Shown: positions 27,001 to 42,000 of the stretch, piece by piece
Numbering within the stretch: position 1 is the stretch's first letter
How the letters are laid out: each line of letters starts with the position of its first letter
The notes under the pieces: generated by a model
Told to the model about the DNA's origin: nothing
The model's input: only the letters and a program-made list of their open reading frames with translations
Databases searched by the model: none
Translations under genes and position numbers: made by a program
DNA from: Macrostomum hystrix
Taxonomy: Eukaryota; Animalia; Platyhelminthes
Assembly: GCA_950097015.1 (NCBI GenBank)
Contig: CATNEN010000003.1
Coordinates: forward strand, 1 to 64,000
Length of the DNA stretch: 64,000 nt
Direction of reading: 5' to 3'

Positions 27001-30000
27001 AGCGTGCATCATTGCGCCTCTCAAAGTCAGGCATGCTAGCTGTAAGCTGCAATAGCAATCATTGGTTCTGATATTGCTGCACAAGACATCTGTGGGAGCA
27101 GCTAGATAAAACTTTAGCTGCGTTCATATCTTCCTCTTGACTGGAGTAAGAGCACTTTCACTTAAGCAAACTAGCTACAGCCTTGAGTGTCCCTTCAAAA
27201 TGCTTAAATAGCAGCATGTATCGATCTTTGCAAACAGCACGTGCAAAGCTGTTCTAGTGCACTTGCAAGAAGCTAAAATTGTTCTTTTCGCTTTTTCATT
27301 TACCGCGTGATTTGCAAAAAGCTTGAGCCTAGTTCTAACATTGCAGCATATTGACATCTGTAAGAGCAGCTAGCTGAAACTCTAGCTGCGTTTCTATATT
27401 CCTGCCTATTGAGAGTGTGTAAACGCACGTTTCAATCAAGGAATTTAATTATAGCCTCAGCGCCTAAGTCAGAGACACAGTTCCTTAGTTCTGAAATAGC
27501 AGCATATATCGATCTGTGCGAGAAGCACGCGCAAACCTGTTCTAGATCGCAACACGGAGCATGATTGTTTTCTATGGTTGTTCCTGTATCAGCGTGCATC
27601 ATTGCGCCTCTCAAAGTCAGGCATGCTAGCTGTAAGCTGCAATAGCAATCATTGGTTCTGATATTGCTGCACAAGACATCTGTGGGAGCAGCTAGATAAA
27701 ACTTTAGCCGCGTTCATATCTACCTCTTGACTAGAGTAAGAGCACTTTCACTTAAGCAAACTGGCTACAGCCTTGAGTGTCCTTTGCAAATGATTAAATA
27801 GCAGCATGTATCGATCTTTGCAAACAGCACGTGCAAAGCTGTTCTAGTGCACGTGCAAGAAGCTCAAGTTGTTCTTTTCGCTTTTTCATTTACGGCGTGA
27901 TTTGCAAAAAGCTTGAGCCTAGCTCTAACATTGCAGCATATTGACATCTGTAGGAGCAGCTAGCTGAAACTCTAGCTGCGTTTCTATATTCCTGCCTATT
28001 GAGAGTGTGTAAACGCACGTTTCAATCAAGGAATTTAATTATAGCCTCAGCGCCCAAGTCACAGACACAGTTCCTTAGTTCTGAAATAGCAGCATATATC
28101 GATCTGTGCGAGAAGCACGCGCAAACCTGTTCTAGATGGCAACACGGAGCATGATTGTTTTCTATGGTTGTTCCTGTATCACCGTGCATCATTGCGCCTC
28201 TCAAAGTCAGGCATGCTAGCTGTAAGCTGCAATAGCAATCATTGGTTCTGATATTGCTGCACAAGACATCTGTGGGAGCAGCTAGATATAAAACTTTTGC
28301 TGCGTTCATATCTTCCTCTTGACTAGAGTAAGAGCACTTTCACTTAAGCAAACTAGCTACAGCCTTGAGTGTCCCTTCAAAATGCTTAAATAGCAGCATG
28401 TATCGATCTTTGCAAACAGCACGTGCAAAGCTGTTCTAGTGCACTTGCAAGAAGCTAAAATTGTTCTTTTCGCTTTTTCATTTACCGCGTGATTTGCAAA
28501 AAGCTTGAGCCTAGTTCTAACATTGCAGCATATTGACATCTGTAAGAGCAGCTAGCTGAAACTCTAGCTGCGTTTCTATATTCCTGCCTATTGAGAGTGT
28601 GTAAACGCACGTTTCAATCAAGGAATTTAATTATAGCCTCAGCGCCCAAGTCACAGACACAGTTCCTTAGTTCTGAAATAGCAGCATATATCGATCTGTG
28701 CGAGAAGCACGCGCAAACCTGTTCTAGATGGCAACACGGAGCATGATTGTTTTCTATGGTTGTTCCTGTATCAGCGTGCATCATTGCGCCTCTCAAAGTC
28801 AGGCATGCTAGCTGTAAGCTGCAATAGCAATCATTGGTTCTGATATTGCTGCACAAGACATCTGTGGGAGCAGCTAGATATAAAACTTTAGCTGCGTTCA
28901 TATCTTCCTCTTGACTAGAGTAAGAGCACTTTCACTTAAGCAAACTAGCTACAGCCTTGAGTGTCCCTTCAAAATGCTTAAATAGCAGCATGTATCGATC
29001 TTTGCAAACAGCACGTGCAAAGCTGTTCTAGTGCACTTGCAAGAAGCTAAAATTGTTCTTTTCGCTTTTTCATTTACCGCGTGATTTGCAAAAAGCTTGA
29101 GCCTAGTTCTAACATTGCAGCATATTGACATCTGTAAGAGCAGCTAGCTGAAACTCTAGCTGCGTTTCTATATTCCTGCCTATTGAGAGTGTGTAAACGC
29201 ACGTTTCAATCAAGGAATTTAATTATAGCCTCAGCGCCCAGTTCACAGACACAGTTCCTTAGTTCTGAAATAGCAGCATATATCGATCTGTGCGAGAAGC
29301 ACGCGCAAACCTGTTCTAGATCGCTACACGGAGCATGATTGTTTTCTATGGTTGTTCCTGTATCAGCGTGCATCATTGCGCCTCTCAAAGTCAGGCATGC
29401 TAGATGTAAGCTGCAATAGCAATCATTGGTTCTGATATTGCTGCACAAGACATCTGTGGGAGCAGCTAGATGAAACTTTAGCCGCGTTCATATCTACCTC
29501 TTGACTGGAGTAAGAGCACTTTCACTTAAGCAAACTGGCTACAGCCTTGAGTGTCCTTTGCAAATGATTAAATAGCAGCATGTATCGATCTTTGCAAACA
29601 GCACGTGCAAAGCTGTTCTAGTGCACGTGCAAGAAGCTCAAGTTGTTCTTTTCCTTTTTTCATTTACGGCGTGATTTGCAAAAAGCTTGAGCCTAGTTCT
29701 AACATTGCAGCGTATTGACATCTGTAGGAGCAGCAAGCTGAAACTCTAGCTGCGTTTCTATATTCCTGCTGATTGAGAGTGTGTAAGCGCACGTTTTAAT
29801 CAAGGAATTTAATTATTGCCCCAGCGCACATTTCACAGACACAGTTCCTTAGTTCTGAAATAGCAGCATATATCGATCTGTGCGAGAAGCACGCGCAAAC
29901 CTGTTCTAGATCGCTACACGGAGCATGATTGTTTTCTATGGTTGTTCCTGTATCAGCGTGCATCATTGCGCCTCTCAAAGTCAGGCATGCTAGCTGTAAG

Positions 30001-33000
30001 CTGCAATAGCAATCATTGGTTCTGATATTGCTGCACAAGACATCTGTGGGAGCAGCTAGATATAAAACTTTTGCTGCGTTCATATCTTCCTCTTGACTAG
30101 AGTAAGAGCACTTTCACTTAAGCAAACTAGCTACAGCCTTGAGTTTTTCTTCAAAATGCTTAAATAGCAGCATGAATTGATCTTTGCAAACAGAACGTGC
30201 AAAGCTGTTCTAGTGCACGTGCAAGAAGCTCAAGTTGTTCTTTTCGCTTATTCATGTACGGCGTGTTTTGCAAAATCCTGAGACTAATTCTAACATTGCA
30301 GCATAATGACATCTGCGGGAGCAGCTAGCTAAAACTTTTGCTCCGTTCATATCTTCCAGCTGACTGGGAGAGTGTATAAGCGCCAATTCCAATCAAGGAA
30401 ACAAAGTCTAGCCTCAGCGGCCCAACATAGTTCAGAAAAGCCATATAGCGCAATCAGTGCGAGAAGCACGCGCAAACCTGTTCTAGATCGCTACACGGAG
30501 CATGATTGTTTTCTATGGTTGTTCCTTTATCAGCGTGCATCATTGCGCCTCTCAAAGTCAGGCATGCTAGCTGTAAGCTGCAATAGCAATCATTTGTTCT
30601 GATATTGCTGCACAAGACATCTGTGGGAGCAGCAAGATAAAACTTTAGCCGCGTTCATATCTTCCTCTTGACTGGAGTAAGAGCACTTTCACTTAAGCAA
30701 ACTAGCTACAGCCTTGAGTGTCCTTTGCAAATGATTAAATAGCAGCATGTATCGATCTTTGCAAACAGCACGTGCAAAGCTGTTCTAGTGCACGTGCAAG
30801 AAGCTCAAGTTGTTCTTTTCCTTTTTTCATTTACGGCGTGATTTGCAAAAAGCTTGAGCCTAGTTCTAACATTGCAGCGTATTGACATCTGTAGGAGCAG
30901 CTAGCTGAAACTCTAGCTGCGTTTCTATATTCCTGCTGATTGAGAGTGTGTAAGCGCACGTTTTAATCAAGGAATTTAATTATTGCCCCAGCGCACATTT
31001 CACAGACACAGTTCCTTAGTTCTGAAATAGCAGCATATATCGATCTGTGCGAGAAGCACGCGCAAACCTGTTCTAGATCGCTACACGGAGCATGATTGTT
31101 TTCTATGGTTGTTCCTGTATCAGCGTCCATCATTGCGCCTCTCAAAGTCAGGCATGCTAGCTGTAAGCTGCAATAGTAATCACTGGTTCTGATATTGCCG
31201 CACAAGACATCTGTGCGAGCAGCTAGATAAAACTTTAGCCGCGTTCATATCTTCCTCTTGACTAGAGTAAGAGCACTTTCACTTAAGCAAACTAGCTACA
31301 GCCTTGAGTGTCCTTTGCAAATGATTAAATAGCAGCATGTATCGATCTTTGCAAACAGCACGTGCAAAGCTGTTCTAGTACACGTGCAAGAAGCTTAAGT
31401 TGTTCTTTTCCGTTTTTCATTTACGGCGTGATTTGCAAAAAGCTTGAGCCTAGTTCTAACATTGCAGCATATTGACATCTGTAGGAGCAGCAAGCTGAAA
31501 CTCTAGCTGCGTTTCTATATTCCTGCTGATTGAGAGTGTGTAAACGCACGTTTCAATCAAGGAATTTAATTATTGCTCCAGCGCCCAGTTCACAGACACA
31601 GTTCCTTAGTTCTGAAATAGCAGCATATATCGATCTGTGCGAGAAGCACGCGCAAAGCTGTTCTAGATCGCTACACAGAGCATGATTGTTTTCTATGGTT
31701 GTTCCTGTATCAGCGTGCATCATTGCGCCTCTCAAAGTCAGGCATGCTAGCTGTAAGCTGCAATAGCAATCATTGGTTCTGATATTGCTGCACAAGACAT
31801 CTGTGGGAGAAGCTAGATAAAACTTTAGCCGCGTTCATATCTTCCTCTTGACTAGAGTAAGAGCACTTTCACTTAAGCAAACTAGCTACAGCCTTGAGTG
31901 TCCTTTGCAAATGATTAAATAGCAGCATGTATCGATCTCTGCAAACAGCACGTGCAAAGCTGTTCTAGTGCACGTGCAAGAAGCTTAAGTTGTTCTTTTC
32001 CTTTTTTCATTTACGGCGTGATTTGCAAAAACCTTGAGCCTAGTTCTAACATTGCAGCATATTGACATCTATAGGAGCAGCTAGCTGAAACTCTAGCTGC
32101 GTTTCTATATTCCTGCTGATTGAGAGTGTGTAAACGCACGTTTCAATCAAGGAATTTAATTATTGCCCCAGCGCCCAGTTCACAGACACAGTTCCTTAGT
32201 TCTGAAATAGCAGCATATATCGATCTGTGCGAGAAGCACGCGCAAACCTGTTCTAGATCGCTTCACGGAGCATGATTGTTTTCTATGGTTGTTCCTGTAT
32301 CAGCGTGCATCATTGCGCCTCTCAAAGTCAGGCATGCTAGCTGTAAGCTGCAATAGCAATCATTGGTTCTGATATTGCTGCACAAGACATCTGTGGGAGC
32401 AGCTAGATATAAAACTTTTGCTGCGTTCATATCTTCCTCTTGACTAGAGTAAGAGCACTTTCACTTAAGCAAACTAGCTACAGCCTTGAGTTTTTCTTCA
32501 AAATGCTTAAATAGCAGCATGAATTGATCTTTGCAAACAGAACGTGCAAAGCTGTTCTAGTGCACGTGCAAGAAGCTCAAGTTGTTCTTTTCGCTTATTC
32601 ATGTACGGCGTGTTTTGCAAAATCCTGAGACTAATTCTAACATTGCAGCATAATGACATCTGCGGGAGCAGCTAGCTAAAACTTTTGCTCCGTTCATATC
32701 TTCCAGCTGACTGGGAGAGTGTATAAGCGCCAATTCCAATCAAGGAAACAAAGTCTAGCCTCAGCGCCCCAACATAGTTCAGAAAAGCCATATAGCGCAA
32801 TCAGTGCGAGAAGCACGCGCAAACCTGTTCTAGATCGCTACACGGAGCATGATTGTTTTCTATGGTTGTTCCTTTATCAGCGTGCATCATTGCGCCTCTC
32901 AAAGTCAGGCATGCTAGCTGTAAGCTGCAATAGCAATCATTTGTTCTGATATTGCTGCACAAGACATCTGTGGGAGCAGCAAGATAAAACTTTAGCCGCG

Positions 33001-36000
33001 TTCATATCTTCCTCTTGACTGGAGTAAGAGCACTTTCACTTAAGCAAACTAGCTACAGCCTTGAGTGTCCTTTGCAAATGATTAAATAGCAGCATGTATC
33101 GATCTTTGCAAACAGCACGTGCAAAGCTGTTCTAGTACACGTGCAAGAAGCTTAAGTTGTTCTTTTCCGTTTTTCATTTACGGCGTGATTTGCAAAAAGC
33201 TTGAGCCTAGTTCTAACATTGCAGCATATTGACATCTGTAGGAGCAGCAAGCTGAAACTCTAGCTGCGTTTCTATATTCCTGCTGATTGAGAGTGTGTAA
33301 ACGCACGTTTCAATCAAGGAATTTAATTATTGCCCCAGCGCACATTTCACAGACACAGTTCCTTAGTTCTGAAATAGCAGCATATATCGATCTGTGCGAG
33401 AAGCACGCGCAAACCTGTTCTAGATCGCTACACAGAGCATGATTGTTTTCTATGGTTGTTCCTGTATCAGCGTGCATCATTGCGCCTCTCAAAGTCAGGC
33501 ATGCTAGCTGTAAGCTGCAATAGCAATCATTGGTTCTGATATTGCTGCAGCTAGATAAAACTTTAGCCGCGTTCATATCTTCCTCTTGACTAGAGTAAGA
33601 GCACTTTCACTTAAGCAAACTAGCTACAGCCTTGAGTGTCCTTTGCAAATGATTAAATAGCAGCATGTATCGATCTCTGCAAACAGCACGTGCAAAGCTG
33701 TTCTAGTGCACGTGCAAGAAGCTTAAGTTGTTCTTTTCCTTTTTTCATTTACGGCGTGATTTGCAAAAACCTTGAGCCTAGTTCTAACATTGCAGCATAT
33801 TGACATCTATAGGAGCAGCTAGCTGAAACTCTAGCTGCGTTTCTATATTCCTGCTGATTGAGAGTGTGTAAACGCACGTTTCAATCAAGGAATTTAATTA
33901 TTGCCCCAGCGCCCAGTTCACAGACACAGTTCCTTAGTTCTGAAATAGCAGCATATATCGATCTGTGCGAGAAGCACGCGCAAACCTGTTCTAGATCGCT
34001 TCACGGAGCATGATTGTTTTCTATGGTTGTTCCTGTATCAGCGTGCATCATTGCGCCTCTCAAAGTCAGGCATGCTAGCTGTAAGCTGCAATAGCAATCA
34101 TTGGTTCTGATATTGCTGCACAAGACATCTGTGGGAGCAGCTAGATATAAAACTTTTGCTGCGTTCATATCTTCCTCTTGACTAGAGTAAGAGCACTTTC
34201 ACTTAAGCAAACTAGCTACAGCCTTGAGTTTTTCTTCAAAATGCTTAAATAGCAGCATGAATTGATCTTTGCAAACAGAACGTGCAAAGCTGTTCTAGTG
34301 CACGTGCAAGAAGCTCAAGTTGTTCTTTTCGCTTATTCATGTACGGCGTGTTTTGCAAAATCCTGAGACTAATTCTAACATTGCAGCATAATGACATCTG
34401 CGGGAGCAGCTAGCTAAAACTTTTGCTCCGTTCATATCTTCCAGCTGACTGGGAGAGTGTATAAGCGCCAATTCCAATCAAGGAAACAAAGTCTAGCCTC
34501 AGCGCCCCAACATAGTTCAGAAAAGCCATATAGCGCAATCAGTGCGAGAAGCACGCGCAAACCTGTTCTAGATCGCTACACGGAGCATGATTGTTTTCTA
34601 TGGTTGTTCCTTTATCAGCGTGCATCATTGCGCCTCTCAAAGTCAGGCATGCTAGCTGTAAGCTGCAATAGCAATCATTTGTTCTGATATTGCTGCACAA
34701 GACATCTGTGGGAGCAGCAAGATAAAACTTTAGCCGCGTTCATATCTTCCTCTTGACTGGAGTAAGAGCACTTTCACTTAAGCAAACTAGCTACAGCCTT
34801 GAGTGTCCTTTGCAAATGATTAAATAGCAGCATGTATCGATCTTTGCAAACAGCACGTGCAAAGCTGTTCTAGTGCACGTGCAAGAAGCTCAAGTTGTTC
34901 TTTTCCTTTTTTCATTTACGGCGTGATTTGCAAAAAGCTTGAGCCTAGTTCTAACATTGCAGCGTATTGACATCTGTAGGAGCAGCTAGCTGAAACTCTA
35001 GCTGCGTTTCTATATTCCTGCTGATTGAGAGTGTGTAAGCGCACGTTTTAATCAAGGAATTTAATTATTGCCCCAGCGCACATTTCACAGACACAGTTCC
35101 TTAGTTCTGAAATAGCAGCATATATCGATCTGTGCGAGAAGCACGCGCAAACCTGTTCTAGATCGCTACACGGAGCATGATTGTTTTCTATGGTTGTTCC
35201 TGTATCAGCGTCCATCATTGCGCCTCTCAAAGTCAGGCATGCTAGCTGTAAGCTGCAATAGTAATCACTGGTTCTGATATTGCCGCACAAGACATCTGTG
35301 GGAGAAGCTAGATAAAACTTTAGCCGCGTTCATATCTTCCTCTTGACTAGAGTAAGAGCACTTTCACTTAAGCAAACTAGCTACAGCCTTGAGTGTCCTT
35401 TGCAAATGATTAAATAGCAGCATGTATCGATCTCTGCAAACAGCACGTGCAAAGCTGTTCTAGTGCACGTGCAAGAAGCTTAAGTTGTTCTTTTCCATTT
35501 TTCATTTACGGCGTGATTTGCAAAAACCTTGAGCCTAGTTCTAACATTGCAGCATATTGACATCTGTAGGAGCAGCAAGCTGAAACTCTAGCTGCGTTTC
35601 TATATTCCTGCTGATTGAGAGTGTGTAAACGCACGTTTCAATCAAGGAATTTAATTATTGCTCCAGCGCCCAGTTCACAGACACAGTTCCTTAGTTCTGA
35701 AATAGCAGCATATATCGATCTGTGCGAGAAGCACGCGCAAAGCTGTTCTAGATCGCTACACAGAGCATGATTGTTTTCTATGGTTGTTCCTGTATCAGCG
35801 TGCATCATTGCGCCTCTCAAAGTCAGGCATGCTAGCTGTAAGCTGCAATAGCAATCATTGGTTCTGATATTGCTGCACAAGACATCTGTGGGAGAAGCTA
35901 GATAAAACTTTAGCCGCGTTCATATCTTCCTCTTGACTAGAGTAAGAGCACTTTCACTTAAGCAAACTAGCTACAGCCTTGAGTGTCCTTTGCAAATGAT

Positions 36001-39000
36001 TAAATAGCAGCATGTATCGATCTCTGCAAACAGAACGTGCAAAGCTGTTCTAGTGCACGTGCAAGAAGCTCAAGTTGTTCTTTTCGCTTATTCATGTACG
36101 GCGTGTTTTGCAAAATCCTGAGACTAATCCTAACATTGCAGCATAATGACATCTGCGGGAGCAGCTAGCTAAAACTTTTGCTCCGTTCATATCTTCCAGC
36201 TGACTGGGAGAGTGTATAAGCGCCAATTCCAATCAAGGAAACAAAGTCTAGCCTCAGCGCCCCAACATAGTTCAGAAAAGCCATATAGCGCGATCAGTGC
36301 GAGAAGCACGCGCAAACCTGTTCTAGATCGCTTCACGGAGCATGATTGTTTTCTATGGTTGTTCCTTTATCAGCGTGCATCATTGCGCCTCTCAAAGTCA
36401 GGCATGCTAGCTGTAAGCTGCAATAGCAATCATTTGTTCTGATATTGCTGCACAAGACATCTGTGGGAGCAGCTAGATAAAACTTTAGCCGCGTTCATAT
36501 CTTCCTCTTGACTGGAGTAAGAGCACTTTCACTTAAGCAAACTAGCTACAGCCTTGAGTGTCCTTTGCAAATGATTAAATAGCAGCATGTATCGATCTTT
36601 GCAAACAGCACGTGCAAAGCTGTTCTAGTGCACGTGCAAGAAGCTCAAGTTGTTCTTTTCCTTTTTTCATTTACGGCGTGATTTGCAAAAAGCTTGAGCC
36701 TAGTTCTAACATTGCAGCGTATTGACATCTGTAGGAGCAGCTAGCTGAAACTCTAGCTGCGTTTCTATATTCCTGCTGATTGAGAGTGTGTAAGCGCACG
36801 TTTTAATCAAGGAATTTAATTATTGCCCCAGCGCACATTTCACAGACACAGTTCCTTAGTTCTGAAATAGCAGCATATATCGATCTGTGCGAGAAGCACG
36901 CGCAAACCTGTTCTAGATCGCTACACGGAGCATGATTGTTTTCTATGGTTGTTCCTGTATCAGCGTGCATCATTGCGCCTCTCAAAGTCAGGCATGCTAG
37001 CTGTAAGCTGCAATAGCAATCATTGGTTCTGATATTGCTGCACAAGACATCTGTGGGAGCAGCTAGATATAAAACTTTTGCTGCGTTCATATCTTCCTCT
37101 TGACTAGAGTAAGAGCACTTTCACTTAAGCAAACTAGCTACAGCCTTGAGTTTTTCTTCAAAATGCTTAAATAGCAGCATGAATTGATCTTTGCAAACAG
37201 AACGTGCAAAGCTGTTCTAGTGCACGTGCAAGAAGCTCAAGTTGTTCTTTTCGCTTATTCATGTACGGCGTGTTTTGCAAAATCCTGAGACTAATTCTAA
37301 CATTGCAGCATAATGACATCTGCGGGAGCAGCTAGCTAAAACTTTTGCTCCGTTCATATCTTCCAGCTGACTGGGAGAGTGTATAAGCGCCAATTCCAAT
37401 CAAGGAAACAAAGTCTAGCCTCAGCGGCCCAACATAGTTCAGAAAAGCCATATAGCGCAATCAGTGCGAGAAGCACGCGCAAACCTGTTCTAGATCGCTA
37501 CACGGAGCATGATTGTTTTCTATGGTTGTTCCTGTATCAGCGTGCATCATTGCGCCTCTCAAAGTCAGGCATGCTAGCTGTAAGCTGCAATAGCAATCAT
37601 TTGTTCTGATATTGCTGCACAAGACATCTGTGGGAGCAGCAAGATAAAACTTTAGCCGCGTTCATATCTTCCTCTTGACTGGAGTAAGAGCACTTTCACT
37701 TAAGCAAACTAGCTACAGCCTTGAGTGTCCTTTGCAAATGATTAAATAGCAGCATGTATCGATCTTTGCAAACAGCACGTGCAAAGCTGTTCTAGTGCAC
37801 GTGCAAGAAGCTCAAGTTGTTCTTTTCCTTTTTTCATTTACGGCGTGATTTGCAAAAAGCTTGAGCCTAGTTCTAACATTGCAGCGTATTGACATCTGTA
37901 GGAGCAGCTAGCTGAAACTCTAGCTGCGTTTCTATATTCCTGCTGATTGAGAGTGTGTAAGCGCACGTTTTAATCAAGGAATTTAATTATTGCCCCAGCG
38001 CACATTTCACAGACACAGTTCCTTAGTTCTGAAATAGCAGCATATATCGATCTGTGCGAGAAGCACGCGCAAACCTGTTCTAGATCGCTACACGGAGCAT
38101 GATTGTTTTCTATGGTTGTTCCTGTATCAGCGTCCATCATTGCGCCTCTCAAAGTCAGGCATGCTAGCTGTAAGCTGCAATAGTAATCACTGGTTCTGAT
38201 ATTGCCGCACAAGACATCTGTGCGAGCAGCTAGATAAAACTTTACCCGCGTTCATATCTTCCTCTTGACTAGAGTAAGAGCACTTTCACTTAAGCAAACT
38301 AGCTACAGCCTTGAGTGTCCTTTGCAAATGATTAAATAGCAGCATGTATCGATCTTTGCAAACAGCACGTGCAAAGCTGTTCTAGTACACGTGCAAGAAG
38401 CTTAAGTTGTTCTTTTCCGTTTTTCATTTACGGCGTGATTTGCAAAAAGGTTGAGCCTAGTTCTAACATTGCAGCATATTGACATCTGTAGGAGCAGCAA
38501 GCTGAAACTCTAGCTGCGTTTCTATATTCCTGCTGATTGAGAGTGTGTAAACGCACGTTTCAATCAAGGAATTTAATTATTGCTCCAGCGCCCAGTTCAC
38601 AGACACAGTTCCTTAGTTCTGAAATAGCAGCATATATCGATCTGTGCGAGAAGCACGCGCAAAGCTGTTCTAGATCGCTACACAGAGCATGATTGTTTTC
38701 TATGGTTGTTCCTGTATCAGCGTGCATCATTGCGCCTCTCAAAGTCAGGCATGCTAGCTGTAAGCTGCAATAGCAATCATTGGTTCTGATATTGCTGCAC
38801 AAGACATCTGTGGGAGAAGCTAGATAAAACTTTAGCCGCGTTCATATCTTCCTCTTGACTAGAGTAAGAGCACTTTCACTTAAGCAAACTAGCTACAGCC
38901 TTGAGTGTCCTTTGCAAATGATTAAATAGCAGCATGTATCGATCTCTGCAAACAGAACGTGCAAAGCTGTTCTAGTGCACGTGCAAGAAGCTTAAGTTGT

Positions 39001-42000
39001 TCTTTTCCTTTTTTCATTTACGGCGTGATTTGCAAAAACCTTGAGCCTAGTTCTAACATTGCAGCATATTGACATCTATAGGAGCAGCTAGCTGAAACTC
39101 TAGCTGCGTTTCTATATTCCTGCTGATTGAGAGTGTGTAAACGCACGTTTCAATCAAGGAATTTAATTATTGCCCCAGCGCCCAGTTCACAGACACAGTT
39201 CCTTAGTTCTGAAATAGCAGCATATATCGATCTGTGCGAGAAGCACGCGCAAACCTGTTCTAGATCGCAACACGGAGCATGATTGTTTTCTATGGTTGTT
39301 CCTGTATCAGCGTGCATCATTGCGCCTCTCAAAGTCAGGCATGCTAGCTGTAAGCTGCAATAGCAATCATTGGTTCTGATATTGCTGCACAAGACATCTG
39401 TGGGAGCAGCTAGATAAAACTTTAGCCGCGTTCATATCTTCCTCTTGACTAGAGTAAGAGCACTTTCACTTAAGCAAACTAGCTACAGCCTTGAGTTTTT
39501 CTTCAAAATGCTTAAATAGCAGCATGAATTGATCTTTGCAAACAGAACGTGCAAAGCTGTTCTAGTGCACGTGCAAGAAGCTCAAGTTGTTCTTTTCGCT
39601 TATTCATGTACGGCGTGTTTTGCAAAATCCTGAGACTAATTCTAACATTGCAGCATAATGACATCTGCGGGAGCAGCTAGCTAAAACTTTTGCTCCGTTC
39701 ATATCTTCCAGCTGACTGGGAGAGTGTATAAGCGCCAATTCCAATCAAGGAAACAAAGTCTAGCCTCAGCGGCCCAACATAGTTCAGAAAAGCCATATAG
39801 CGCAATCAGTGCGAGAAGCACGCGCAAACCTGTTCTAGATCGCTACACGGAGCATGATTGTTTTCTATGGTTGTTCCTTTATCAGCGTGCATCATTGCGC
39901 CTCTCAAAGTCAGGCATGCTAGCTGTAAGCTGCAATAGCAATCATTTGTTCTGATATTGCTGCACAAGACATCTGTGGGAGCAGCAAGATAAAACTTTAG
40001 CCGCGTTCATATCTTCCTCTTGACTGGAGTAAGAGCACTTTCACTTAAGCAAACTAGCTACAGCCTTGAGTGTCCTTTGCAAATGATTAAATAGCAGCAT
40101 GTATCGATCTTTGCAAACAGCACGTGCAAAGCTGTTCTAGTGCACGTGCAAGAAGCTCAAGTTGTTCTTTTCCTTTTTTCATTTACGGCGTGATTTGCAA
40201 AAAGCTTGAGCCTAGTTCTAACATTGCAGCGTATTGACATCTGTAGGAGCAGCTAGCTGAAACTCTAGCTGCGTTTCTATATTCCTGCTGATTGAGAGTG
40301 TGTAAGCGCACGTTTTAATCAAGGAATTTAATTATTGCCCCAGCGCACATTTCACAGACACAGTTCCTTAGTTCTGAAATAGCAGCATATATCGATCTGT
40401 GCGAGAAGCACGCGCAAACCTGTTCTAGATCGCTACACGGAGCATGATTGTTTTCTATGGTTGTTCCTGTATCAGCGTCCATCATTGCGCCTCTCAAAGT
40501 CAGGCATGCTAGCTGTAAGCTGCAATAGTAATCACTGGTTCTGATATTGCCGCACAAGACATCTGTGCGAGCAGCTAGATAAAACTTTAGCCGCGTTCAT
40601 ATCTTCCTCTTGACTAGAGTAAGAGCACTTTCACTTAAGCAAACTAGCTACAGCCTTGAGTGTCCTTTGCAAATGATTAAATAGCAGCATGTATCGATCT
40701 TTGCAAACAGCACGTGCAAAGCTGTTCTAGTACACGTGCAAGAAGCTTAAGTTGTTCTTTTCCGTTTTTCATTTACGGCGTGATTTGCAAAAAGCTTGAG
40801 CCTAGTTCTAACATTGCAGCATATTGACATCTGTAGGAGCAGCAAGCTGAAACTCTAGCTGCGTTTCTATATTCCTGCTGATTGAGAGTGTGTAAACGCA
40901 CGTTTCAATCAAGGAATTTAATTATTGCTCCAGCGCCCAGTTCACAGACACAGTTCCTTAGTTCTGAAATAGCAGCATATATCGATCTGTGCGAGAAGCA
41001 CGCGCAAAGCTGTTCTAGATCGCTACACAGAGCATGATTGTTTTCTATGGTTGTTCCTGTATCAGCGTGCATCATTGCGCCTCTCAAAGTCAGGCATGCT
41101 AGCTGTAAGCTGCAATAGCAATCATTGGTTCTGATATTGCTGCACAAGACATCTGTGGGAGAAGCTAGATAAAACTTTAGCTGCGTTCATATCTTCCTCT
41201 TGACTAGAGTAAGAGCACTTTCACTTAAGCAAACTAGCTACAGCCTTGAGTGTCCTTTGCAAATGATTAAATAGCAGCATGTATCGATCTCTGCAAACAG
41301 CACGTGCAAAGCTGTTCTAGTGCACGTGCAAGAAGCTTAAGTTGTTCTTTTCCTTTTTTCATTTACGGCGTGATTTGCAAAAACCTTGAGCCTAGTTCTA
41401 ACATTGCAGCATATTGACATCTATAGGAGCAGCTAGCTGAAACTCTAGCTGCGTTTCTATATTCCTGCTGATTGAGAGTGTGTAAACGCACGTTTCAATC
41501 AAGGAATTTAATTATTGCCCCAGCGCCCAGTTCACAGACACAGTTCCTTAGTTCTGAAATAGCAGCATATATCGATCTGTGCGAGAAGCACGCGCAAACC
41601 TGTTCTAGATCGCTAACACGGAGCATGATTGTTTTCTATGGTTGTTCCTGTATCAGCGTGCATCATTGCGCCTCTCAAAGTCAGGCATGCTAGCTGTAAG
41701 CTGCAATAGCAATCATTGGTTCTGATATTGCTGCACAAGACATCTGTGGGAGCAGCTAGATATAAAACTTTAGCTGCGTTCATATCTTCCTCTTGACTAG
41801 AGTAAGAGCACTTTCACTTAAGCAAACTAGCTACAGCCTTGAGTTTTCTTCAAAATGCTTAAATAGCAGCATGAATTGATCTTTGCAAACAGAACGTGCA
41901 AAGCTGTTCTAGTGCACGTGCAAGAAGCTCAAGTTGTTCTTTTCGCTTATTCATGTACGGCGTGTTTTGCAAAATCCTGAGACTAATTCTAACATTGCAG

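Noticed and set aside
19206-30963. Exact 10,000-bp offset between matching monomer runs
   Set aside because: Equals 17 monomers including three short variants, and covers only a few units; treated as coincidence.
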